DNA of 32,000 nt from Candidatus Midichloria mitochondrii IricVA (GTDB lineage Bacteria > Pseudomonadota > Alphaproteobacteria > Rickettsiales > Midichloriaceae). The notes under the pieces are model-generated. The model saw only the letters and a program-made list of their open reading frames with translations. It ran no database searches and was not told the origin of the DNA. Position numbers and translations under genes: made by a program. Positions 17,792 to 25,753 of the stretch are shown here, piece after piece. Every line of letters starts with the position of its first letter. The stretch's first letter is position 1. The stretch covers positions 240,001 to 272,000 of the forward strand of contig NC_015722.1 of NCBI RefSeq assembly GCF_000219355.1. Direction: 5' to 3'.

Positions 17792-18484
17792 TTAGCTCAA
17801 TATTTGATTCAATTTTTGCGCGCTCAGGCCGGCGCCTCCAACTAATAAACCATCTAGAACATCTATACCAAAAAATTCATCGGCATTCTCTGGACCTACA
17901 GACCCTCCGTATAGAAGTTGAAGATAGGGGTAGGCCCCTTTGATTTTATTAAATATAGCCTTAACCTCGTCGACGCTCGGGGTAACGCCCGAGCCTATAG
18001 CCCAAATGGGCTCATATGCAATTACAAATTTTTTATTTCTACTTATTCCTATCTCTTCAAGCTGCTTAAATAGATGTTCCAGAGTACTACCCTGATTTCT
18101 GACCTCCAGAGACTCTCCTATGCAAATTACAGGAGTAATCTTTGATTCTAAAGCCTTAACTAATTTTCTACCTACTGTTTGATTATCTTCACCGCAACTA
18201 ATACGTCTTTCGGAATGTCCAATAATAACGTATTTACATCCAATCTCATATAACATTGCCGCCGCAACCTCACCAGTATACGCCCCTAAATCATTCGCAG
18301 AGCAATCCTGCGCTCCAAAATCTAATTTCTTAAACGCATCCACTAATGTTGGTATATAAATAAAAGACGGACAGATTACTAAACTCTTATGAAGACTCCC
18401 TATATTAACGGATTCAAGCAGAGCAACCGCTTCGTGCAAAAGGATATTCATCTTCCAATTTGCAACTACTAGCTTTTGGGTCAT
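17792..18484 (-). CDS. tpiA: triosephosphate isomerase
   Basis: 230-aa ORF with VVANWKMN, IIGHSERR and AYEPIWAIGSG, the catalytic Lys/His/Glu signature blocks. Confidence 0.95.
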   Translation of the reverse strand: MTQKLVVANWKMNILLHEAVALLESVNIGSLHKSLVICPSFIYIPTLVDAFKKLDFGAQDCSANDLGAYTGEVAAAMLYEIGCKYVIIGHSERRISCGEDNQTVGRKLVKALESKITPVICIGESLEVRNQGSTLEHLFKQLEEIGISRNKKFVIAYEPIWAIGSGVTPSVDEVKAIFNKIKGAYPYLQLLYGGSVGPENADEFFGIDVLDGLLVGGAGLSAQKLNQILS

Positions 18485-18504
18485 TCTGATCTAAGGGATT
18501 ACCT

Positions 18505-18729
18505 TTAAGAAAACTGCCTTCTTTGGCTGTTGAGTTGTCTTCTCTGAGTACTAGCTTTTTTTCGTTTTTGCTTCCTCTTGGCAGAAGGCTTTAGGTAGAA
18601 ACGGTGCTCCTTTACAGATTGAAGAGTCTTCTCTCTCTGCATTAGCCTCTTTAACTCTCTTAATAAATTTTCGATATTAGACGAATTATTTGTCGTGTTA
18701 AAATTAAACCGAGCGTCAACTTGTACCAA
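18505..18729 (-). CDS. rpsU: 30S ribosomal protein S21 (bS21)
   Basis: 74-aa basic ORF with a TTG start. LLRELKRLMQREKTLQSVKEHRFYLKPSAKRKQKRKKA fits the bS21 pattern (..FKR....G.l.e.r.r.fYekPs.kRk....a). Confidence 0.85.
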   Translation of the reverse strand: MVQVDARFNFNTTNNSSNIENLLRELKRLMQREKTLQSVKEHRFYLKPSAKRKQKRKKASTQRRQLNSQRRQFS

Positions 18730-18869
18730 GCAAAAGCCTCCAAAAAAGAATTAAGCATTAAATTTAGTCATTGTATTATAGCTATGAAATTATTAGTGTC
18801 AAGTGCAGTAAAGCAAATTCGGTTCTAAATAAAGCTTAGCCTTTGTGCTATGTACCACCTAAGCTTTGC

Positions 18870-19129
18870 CTAACAACTTGTATAGTCTAACACATTTCCA
18901 ACTGGCACTATAATACCAAGATTATCAAAGATGCAAAACTCTGTACCAGGATTATCAACCACTTCTTCGTTACAACTCTCTTTATTACAAACAGTTGCAC
19001 CCACTCCCGCAAGCTGAAGAGAAACCCCGCCCTCTGATAGCACACCTTCAATTGCCGTTCTCAGTACCCCGTCCTTGTATTCAAGCCCATATTTACCATT
19101 TACAATAGCCTTGATAGTTCCAACCAACA
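18870..19129 (-). pseudogene. 5'-truncated C-terminal fragment of an unknown Cys-containing protein, cut by IS copy B
   Basis: In ORF 18870..19181 the first ~17 codons (MKPYQIISLKLTSNWGL) are read from the IS left end. Only ...MLVGTIKAIVNGKYGLEYKDGVLRTAIEG...CNKESCNEEVVDNPGTEFCIFDNLGIIVPVGNVLDYTSC is native sequence. I recognise no family. Confidence 0.35.
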
Positions 19130-20045
19130 TTAACCCCCAGTTTGAGGTAAGTTTTAAAGAAATTATCTGATATGGCTTCAAAGAGGCTGTGTAACCATTA
19201 AGTTTCTCTCAATTTCACGATAAATAAGAAAAGTGGTTTCCCTAGTAGAAATATTTTGTTTGATTGATGATTTTTGCAAGCGACAACTCACGTACCAAAG
19301 ATCCTTAAGAAACTCGCAGAGACAAAGGGAACGAGAGTCTGGGATGATGCTTTCCGAAGTTATAACGATCCTCGTTTTGTTTCATTTGAGGGCATTACCG
19401 GATTCAAAGATTTTTACCTAAACTGTGTTCAAATCTCTTTCAGAGAGGAGTTGCCGAAGCTTATCAGCTACAATCGCTTTGTTGAGCTGGATGCGAGACG
19501 TGGTCATCCCGTTGGTCATTCTGCTGAATTGCTGCAAAGGGAAACAAACAGGTACGTTGACTCAACAAAAAGCTGGAAGGTTTGTCATAACTTACGTACT
19601 AGCCGTAATAAGGTCCTTAAAGGCGTCGCTCAGCGTGGGAAAACGTCGACCCGGATGGTTCTTTGGCCTCAATGATCAAGGAGAGATTATGTCATTCACA
19701 CTGACTTCGGGTAATACAGATGATCGAGCCGTTGTCGAGAAACTGACTCAATATTTGACAGGCCTTCTATTCGGAGATCGGTGGTATATAAGCAAACACT
19801 GAGCAATCAAGGACAAAACCCGCTTGCGGCTTTTAAACAACTGCTTCTTGCAGGGCGTGGATTGATTGAGACAGCCATCGGACAATTGAAAGAGATTTGC
19901 CAAATCCGGCACCACACGGCATCACTCGCCAAACAATTTCTTGGCAGACCTCTCTTCTCAGGGCTCTTAGCTTATGTCTTCAAACCCAATATATCTCAGG
20001 AAAAATAGGCTCGCGGGCCTACTCCTTACGTCAAACTGAGGCTAA
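19130..20045 (+). mobile_element. IS982-family insertion sequence, copy B, degraded (longest copy, at least 3 frameshifts plus a deletion)
   Basis: Left IR is TTAACCCCCAGTTTGAGGTAAG and right IR is CCTTACGTCAAACTGAGGCTAA. Transposase blocks are spread over three frames (ORFs 19233-19421, 19274-19675, 19425-19802, 19781-20008). They include GWFFGLNDQGEIMSFTLTSGNTDDRAVVEKL...LFGDRWYIS and GLIETAIGQLKEICQIRHH...LLAYVFKPNIS. Confidence 0.8.
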
Positions 20046-20834
20046 ATACTAATTATAATTCCAACACGATTTCTATATTGCTTGGAAATGGAGATGGAGC
20101 TTTTAAACCAGCCGTTTTCCTACAAATCGCTAACACTCCTGTAATGATAGCAGTAGATGATCTAAATCAAGACGGCAAACAAGACATAATTAGTACTCAT
20201 GGTGGTCTCAAACAAGGTTTCTATACCATTAGGCAACGGAGAGGGCACTTTTTTTCAACTCCCCTATTTTTATGACGTAGGCAGCCCATCCATATAGAGT
20301 AGCCGTAGCTTACTGCAGATACTACGGCGTCAACCGCCAAAAAAACTCTAACTTAGTAGCAGAGACGACTAGCACAACGACTACAGAGCCAACAACGTTC
20401 ACTACTACCATATTCCCCCCCTTTATAACCACAAACCACAACGGGGGGACAACTGCTCTTACAACACCTGGGATCCCGGCATGTCTGACGACCTCTACAC
20501 CCATATTTATTGCGACAACTTGTCCTATAATTACTTATACAACTGCGGATGTTTCAACCACTGCAGAGACAATAACAACTTTTGTACTTGTAGATAATTG
20601 CAGCTGTGAGTTATACTGGTGCCATTGTTGGCAGTGTAATTGGTGGTACCTGCAACTGCCTGTTTTTCTTTTCGCCTATATGTGGCTAATCAAAAGTTGA
20701 GGGGCAGCCACAGTAAACTCGCCTTCATATGAAGTAGAGTTGTGCCTGCCGCCCTTTCTATGACTGATCTAAAACAGTTTGAATGAGGCTCTATAAAAGC
20801 CACTTCTTGGGATGAAAGCAGCTATGATGTATGA
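20046..20834 (+). pseudogene. FG-GAP/VCBS-repeat surface-protein remnant (copy 1): repeats, Thr-rich linker, TM segment and tail. It is 5'-truncated by IS copy B and frameshifted.
   Basis: Directly after the IS the frame reads NYNSNTISILLGNGDGAFKPAVFLQIANTPVMIAVDDLNQDGKQDIIS (FG-GAP-like repeat). A second frame from ~20359 reads AETTSTTTTEPTTFTTT...TTADVSTTAETITT. A third gives a TM-like GAIVGSVIGG. The tail ..VVPAALSMTDLKQFE.. ends near 20834. There are several stops and frameshifts. Confidence 0.6.
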
Positions 20835-20903
20835 AACTAGATAAACGGTCACTTTATTAGCTACTAATTTCAATATCATTTCCAAAAAATTTTAGTTAGC
20901 CAA

Positions 20904-20932
20904 TTGACTTTTACGTCGAAATTACTTAGGAT
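20904..20932 (+). promoter_or_regulatory. candidate sigma70-type promoter for tRNA-Arg
   Basis: TTGACT (20904-20909), a 17-nt spacer, then TAGGAT (20927-20932), which ends 14 nt before the first tRNA nucleotide. Confidence 0.3.
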
Positions 20933-20946
20933 TGCCGCTTATCAAT

Positions 20947-21023
20947 GTGCCCTTAGCTCAGCTGGACAGAGCAACAGCCTTCTAAGCTGTGGGTCGGAGG
21001 TTCGAATCCTCCAGGGCACGCCA
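20947..21023 (+). tRNA. tRNA-Arg (anticodon UCU), CCA encoded
   Basis: The cloverleaf was read by hand. Acceptor GTGCCCT/AGGGCAC, D stem GCTC/GAGC, anticodon stem ACAGC/GCTGT with loop CTTCTAA (TCT), T stem GGAGG/CCTCC with loop TTCGAAT, discriminator G plus CCA. Confidence 0.9.
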
Positions 21024-21173
21024 CTTTTTACCTCTACACTTTCTTAGCTGAGGCCGTACAAAGATAGGAGCTTTAACGAAAAACTTTAACCGAACCTCCC
21101 CCCCAATGGTTATAATCAGCAATTGTTGGAGCCAGCAGGCAAGCTTAGCTGAAGTCTGTATAAAAACCGATAC

Positions 21174-22793
21174 ATGAAAAAATTTAATGTGAGTATAAGA
21201 TTTACCAAGGACTAAGTGACTTTCAGAAACTGATTCAAGAAGATTGTCAGTTTGTTGACAAAACTAACTTTATTAAGGAAGTAATCAATGACAGCGCTGA
21301 GGTAATGCTGATTGTCCGACCACGGCGCTTTGGTAAGACCCTTAATATGTCAATGTTGCAGTATTTCCTAGATCAAAGTAAATCTTCTCAAGATAACCTA
21401 TTCCAAGGTTTAGACATCGCGAAGAATACAGGATTTTGTGAAAAACATCAGAATCAATATCCAGTTATTTTTATTAGTTTTAGTAATATAAAATACTCTG
21501 ATTATGCTGAAGCTTATGAGGGTATTTCGGCACTACCAATGGAACTATATAGAAATTATAGATATTTACTTGAGGGTGATTTTTTATATGGAGATGAAAA
21601 AGTAGTATTTAAGGAATTACTGTATAAAAAAGCTAACTCTGCAAATTTAAGAAGCGCAGTGAAACATATGAAGAAAAAGTTCAATAAGACACCTATCATC
21701 CTAATCGACGAATATGATACCCCAATATAAGAAGCATATTTAATAAGTGGGTTATTATAGAGAAATGATAGAATTAATGCGCAGTATCTTAGGCCAGGCT
21801 CTTAAAGATAATTCCGCTCTGGCTGAAGCGTTACTTACTGGGATTACCAGAGTACCACAAAAAGCTTGTTCTCTGGGGGTTAAATAACGTAAGAGTTTTT
21901 CGCCCTTAAATGAACAAGGTAAGTATACTTTATATAATCCTTGGTCAATTATCAATTGTTTAAGCAACCATGGTAAGCTTCAGCCATATTGGCTGAACAC
22001 CGCTGTAGCAACGCATTGCTCCATCATTTACTCAGCAAGGCTGGCATAGAAGTTAAACAGCAATTAGAAGAATTATTGCAAGGAAAAGTAATTGAGAGGT
22101 CACTATCCGAAAACTTAGTACTTACGGATATTGGAACTAAAGAAGAAGCATTATGGAGTTTGTTACTTTATGCAGGTTATTTAAATGTGGTATCTACAGA
22201 ACTCATGGGTGGTAGATTAGTAACTAAGATATCTATTCCAAATAAAGAGGTTGGCTTTGTTTACGATAATATAGTTAAACAGTGGTTCAGCACTGCTATT
22301 AGCTTAAGCTGATATGGATAAATTCAAGATGTATTTATCTACTTATATTATACAAACCGGCAGTTATTTTGATTTTAATCAGCATACACCTGAACGGGTG
22401 TTTCATATGTTGATTTTAGGTTTAGTGGTGGGCTTAAGAGACAGTTATATTATTCAATTCAACCAGGAGTCAGGATTTGGTAGGTATGATGTGATGTTTA
22501 TTCCTAAAAATAAGCGGCATGACGGAATTTTACTGGAGTTTAAAGTAGCAGAGGTACCAGAAGATTTGGTAAATAAAGCCCAAGAGGCATTGAATCAGAT
22601 AAAAGACAAGCAGTATATAGAGAAGCCGAAAATCTTAAATTTTATTAATTTTTTTGGTGAAAATACCTTAGCTGCAAACACTGATAGGGTAGATACATCC
22701 TTGAAGCTTTTTAAATTTTTCAGCATAATAGGTATACTTTTGGCCGATAATCATTTAAAAGGCGATGAAAAAGTAGCCATCAGTACTATATGA
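21174..22793 (+). pseudogene. AAA-ATPase-like (N-terminal) plus PD-(D/E)XK nuclease (PDDEXK_9-type, C-terminal) family gene, broken by at least 4 frameshifts/stops
   Basis: The pieces read in order MKKFN.. / GLSDFQKLIQEDCQFVDKTNFIKEVI...LIVRPRRFGKTLNMSMLQYFL...ILIDEYDTPI / ..ALLTGITRV.. / YNPWSIINCL...YWLNT / ..LWSLLLYAGYLNV.. / ESGFGRYDVMFIPK...GILLEFKV...ALNQIKDKQY. These are hallmark blocks of the 'predicted AAA-ATPase' / PDDEXK_9 architecture. They are spread over ORFs 21305-21730, 21989-22312, 22314-22793 and unlisted frames. Confidence 0.75.
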
Positions 22794-24271
22794 AAAATTT
22801 TTATATCACTACTCCCATTTATTATGTGAACGATTTTCCGCATATAGGCCATGCATATACCTCAATTGCTGCGGATGTGATTGCAAGATTTAAGAGGCTT
22901 GATGGTTTTAAGGTGCATTTTTTGACAGGGACTGATGAGCATGGTCAAAAAATACAGAAATCTGCAGAGAAAGCTAATATAGAAACGCAAAAATTTGTAG
23001 ATAGTTTTGCAGCTAATTTCCAAAAGCTATCGCAGCAGCTTAATCTCTCAAACGATGATTTTATTAGGACTACAGAGGAGCGCCATATAAGATTTGTGAA
23101 GAAAGTTTGGCAAACTTTATATGATAAAGGTTATATCTATCTTGCTAAATATAGTGGCTGGTATGCGGTCCGTGATGAGGCGTTTTATCAGGAGGCAGAA
23201 TTAATTAAGGGTAAGGCTCCAACTGGAGCAGAGGTTGAGTGGGTTGAAGAAGAAAGCTATTTTTTTAAATTATCAGCTTTTGAAGAAAAATTACTTAATT
23301 TTTATAATGATAACCCTAATTTTGTAGCGCCTGAGAGTCGAAAAAATGAGGTAATCTCATTTGTTAAATTAGGCTTGAAGGACCTTTCTATCTCAAGAAC
23401 AACGTTTCGATGGGGAATTCCGGTTCCTGGCGATGAAAAGCATGTAATGTACGTTTGGCTTGATGCGCTTTTTAATTATTTATCTGCAATTGATTCTGCT
23501 CAGACATTTTTGCCCTGTGATCTGCATTTAATCGGTAAAGATATTTTGAGGTTTCATGCGGTATACTGGCCGGCATTTTTGATGGCAGCTGGTTTTGAAT
23601 TACCAAAAAGAGTGTTTGCTCATGGCTGGTGGACTAATGAAGGAGTGAAAATATCGAAATCTTTAGGTAATGTAATCGATCCATTAAAATTGGTGGAAAA
23701 ATTTGGTTTAGATTATGTTAGATATTTTCTTATGAGGGCAATCCCATTTGGCAATGATGGAAATTATTCAGAATCCCAATTTGTTCAATTAACCAATGCG
23801 GAATTGGCTAATAATATCGGTAATCTTGCACAAAGAGTGATTGCGTTTGTTAATAAAAATTGTGATAGCAAAATTCCAGCTTTTGATGCTTTTAGTCGAG
23901 AAGATCAGCAGTTACTTATTTTGTCTGAGCAAGTGCATGCTAACATGCAAAAGTTTATTGATAATCAGGAAATTAGTGAAGCCATTGAAGCGATTGTAGG
24001 TTTATCTAAGGCCGCAAATTCTTATATTGACTTAAATGCTCCCTGGCAACTTAAGAAAACTGATCTTACAAGAATGAACACAGTGCTATATGTACTCTTG
24101 GAAGTTATTAGAAAAATTGCAATACTGCTACAGCCCTTTGTACCAGACTCGGCAGGCGCCTTATTAGATTTACTTAATATAGAAAAAAGAAATTTTAGTG
24201 ATTTGAGTACAAGATTACAGCCAAAAGCTCCAATAAAGGAAGCAAAGCCTATATTCTTAAGGCATACTTAA
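22790..24271 (+). CDS. metG: methionine--tRNA ligase (short form, no C-terminal tRNA-binding appendage)
   Basis: 493-aa ORF with the class I signatures FPHIGHAYT (HIGH) and KISKSLGN (KMSKS). MetRS-typical blocks are WLDAL.NY and RFHAVYWPAFLMAAG. Confidence 0.95.
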   Translation: MKNFYITTPIYYVNDFPHIGHAYTSIAADVIARFKRLDGFKVHFLTGTDEHGQKIQKSAEKANIETQKFVDSFAANFQKLSQQLNLSNDDFIRTTEERHIRFVKKVWQTLYDKGYIYLAKYSGWYAVRDEAFYQEAELIKGKAPTGAEVEWVEEESYFFKLSAFEEKLLNFYNDNPNFVAPESRKNEVISFVKLGLKDLSISRTTFRWGIPVPGDEKHVMYVWLDALFNYLSAIDSAQTFLPCDLHLIGKDILRFHAVYWPAFLMAAGFELPKRVFAHGWWTNEGVKISKSLGNVIDPLKLVEKFGLDYVRYFLMRAIPFGNDGNYSESQFVQLTNAELANNIGNLAQRVIAFVNKNCDSKIPAFDAFSREDQQLLILSEQVHANMQKFIDNQEISEAIEAIVGLSKAANSYIDLNAPWQLKKTDLTRMNTVLYVLLEVIRKIAILLQPFVPDSAGALLDLLNIEKRNFSDLSTRLQPKAPIKEAKPIFLRHT

Positions 24272-24380
24272 GAGAGGTTTTGGATCAGCTTATAAATTTC
24301 ATGACTTAGCCGACTCCTCACAGTCATATAGCTGAAATTTGGCCAGCTCGATCGCTCATTTTCCACAGTTCGCATTTAAA

Positions 24381-24674
24381 TTAACCTCAGTTTGACGTAA
24401 GGAGTAGGGCCCGTGAGCCTATTTTCCATTAGATATATTGGGTTTGAAGACATAAGCCAAGAGCCCTGAGAGGAGGTCTGCCAAGAAATTGTTTGGCAAG
24501 CGATGCCGTGTTGTGCTGGATTTGGCAAATCTCTTTCAATTCTCCGATGGCTGTTTCAATCAATCCACGCCCTGCAAGAAGCAGTTGTTTAAAAGCCGCA
24601 AGCGGGTTTTGTTTTTCATGTTTTTCTTAAGCCGTGGGTGACGAGCTCAATACCTTGATTGCTCAGTGTTTTTG
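24381..24674 (-). mobile_element. 3'-terminal ~290-bp IS982-family fragment, the inverted partner of copy C and the same junction as at 11805
   Basis: 24381-24674 is essentially the reverse complement of 11805-12098. It starts TTAACCTCAGTTTGACGTAAGGAGTAGG and ends ..CCTTGATTGCTCAGTGTTTTTG, joined to the copy C left end through the same TTAA junction. Confidence 0.75.
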
Positions 24675-25298
24675 TTAACCCCAGTTTGAGGTAAGTTTTA
24701 AAGAAATTATCTGATATGGCTTCAAAGAGGCTGTATAACCATTAAGTTCTTCTCAATTTCACGATAAATAAGGAAAGTGGTTTCCCTAGTAGAAATATTT
24801 TGTTTGATTGATGATTTTTGCAAGCGACAACTCACGTACCAAAGATCCTTAAGAAACTCGCAGAGACAAAGGGAACGAGAGTCTGGGATGATGCTTTCCG
24901 AAGTTATAACGATCCTCGTTTTGTTTCATTTGAGGGCATTACCGGATTCAAAGATTTTTACCTAAACTGTGTTCAAACCTCTCTCAGAGAGGAATTGCCG
25001 AAGCTTATCAGCTACAATCGCTTTGTTGAGCTGGATGCGAGACGCGGTCATCCCGTTGGTCATTCTGCTGAATTGCTGCAAAGGGAAACAAACAGGTACG
25101 TTGACTCAACAAAAAGCTGGAAGGTTTGTCATAACTTATGTATTAGCCGTAATAAGGTCTTTAAAGGCATCGCCCGCCAAACAATTTTTTGGCCAAAACC
25201 TCTTTTTCTCAGGGCTCTTGGCTTATGTCTTCAAACCCAATATATCTCATGGAAAAAATAGGCTCACGGGCCTACTCCTTACGTCAAACTGAGGTTAA
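24675..25298 (+). mobile_element. IS982-family insertion sequence, copy C, degraded (~300-bp internal deletion plus frameshifts)
   Basis: Left IR is TTAACCCCAGTTTGAGGTAAG and right IR is CCTTACGTCAAACTGAGGTTAA. The 5' ~330 nt are nearly identical to copies A and B. A deletion joins ..TTTAAAGGCATCGC directly to CCGCCAAACAATTTTTTGGCC, removing the central catalytic region. Confidence 0.8.
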
Positions 25299-25753
25299 CA
25301 ACGAGGTTAAGGTGCTGGCGATTTTTGATTGCTAAGTCTGAGAATTTGTTCATGTTTATTTTAGATAAAAATAGCAATAGCCTTATTATATTATATATAG
25401 CTTGTTAAACCTCATTATAAAATTAAAGGATACATCTTCAATATGAAGAGAGTTGGGTAAGTATGTAGGGCTTCCTCAGCATGAATAGATTTAGCTGAAG
25501 CGATACAAAAAAGGGGGTATGCTCCATGAAAAAGGAGGACGCTGCCCTTGGCTAAAGGGCCGCTAATTACTCTTGAAAGCTTCTAAAATTCTGTGCCCCT
25601 TTCCATACCGCTTCCAGCTCTATAACTCTAATAGCAAAGTGTACAAGTGAAGAAGCCTGAGTGACAATGTAGCACCTTGGAAGATTTTTTAATAAATAAT
25701 CACCTGAACATTTATTTTTCTTCTTTAATTTCTAAGTGTTGTTAGCTAAATCT

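Noticed and set aside
22314-22793. 159-aa ORF treated as an independent intact gene upstream of metG
   Set aside because: Its conserved part (ESGFGRYDVMFIPK...LLEFKV...ALNQIKDKQY) is the C-terminal PD-(D/E)XK module of the frameshifted AAA-ATPase-like gene. The last ~50 codons look like read-through into the metG leader.
10983-25298. TTAA at IS ends interpreted as a target-site duplication (and TTGTTAA on both sides of copy A as a 7-bp duplication)
   Set aside because: TTAA, or a one-mismatch variant, is found at every IS end including the fragment ends, so it is equally well explained as the outermost part of the inverted repeat. Copy C does not show the 7-bp direct repeat. This cannot be resolved without an empty site.
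25295-25352. Short minus-strand ORF MNKFSDLAIKNRQHLNLVVN... starting at 25352 and running into the right end of IS copy C, as a possible N-terminus of a disrupted gene
   Set aside because: It has only ~19 native codons, no RBS and no recognisable motif, so it cannot be told apart from chance.
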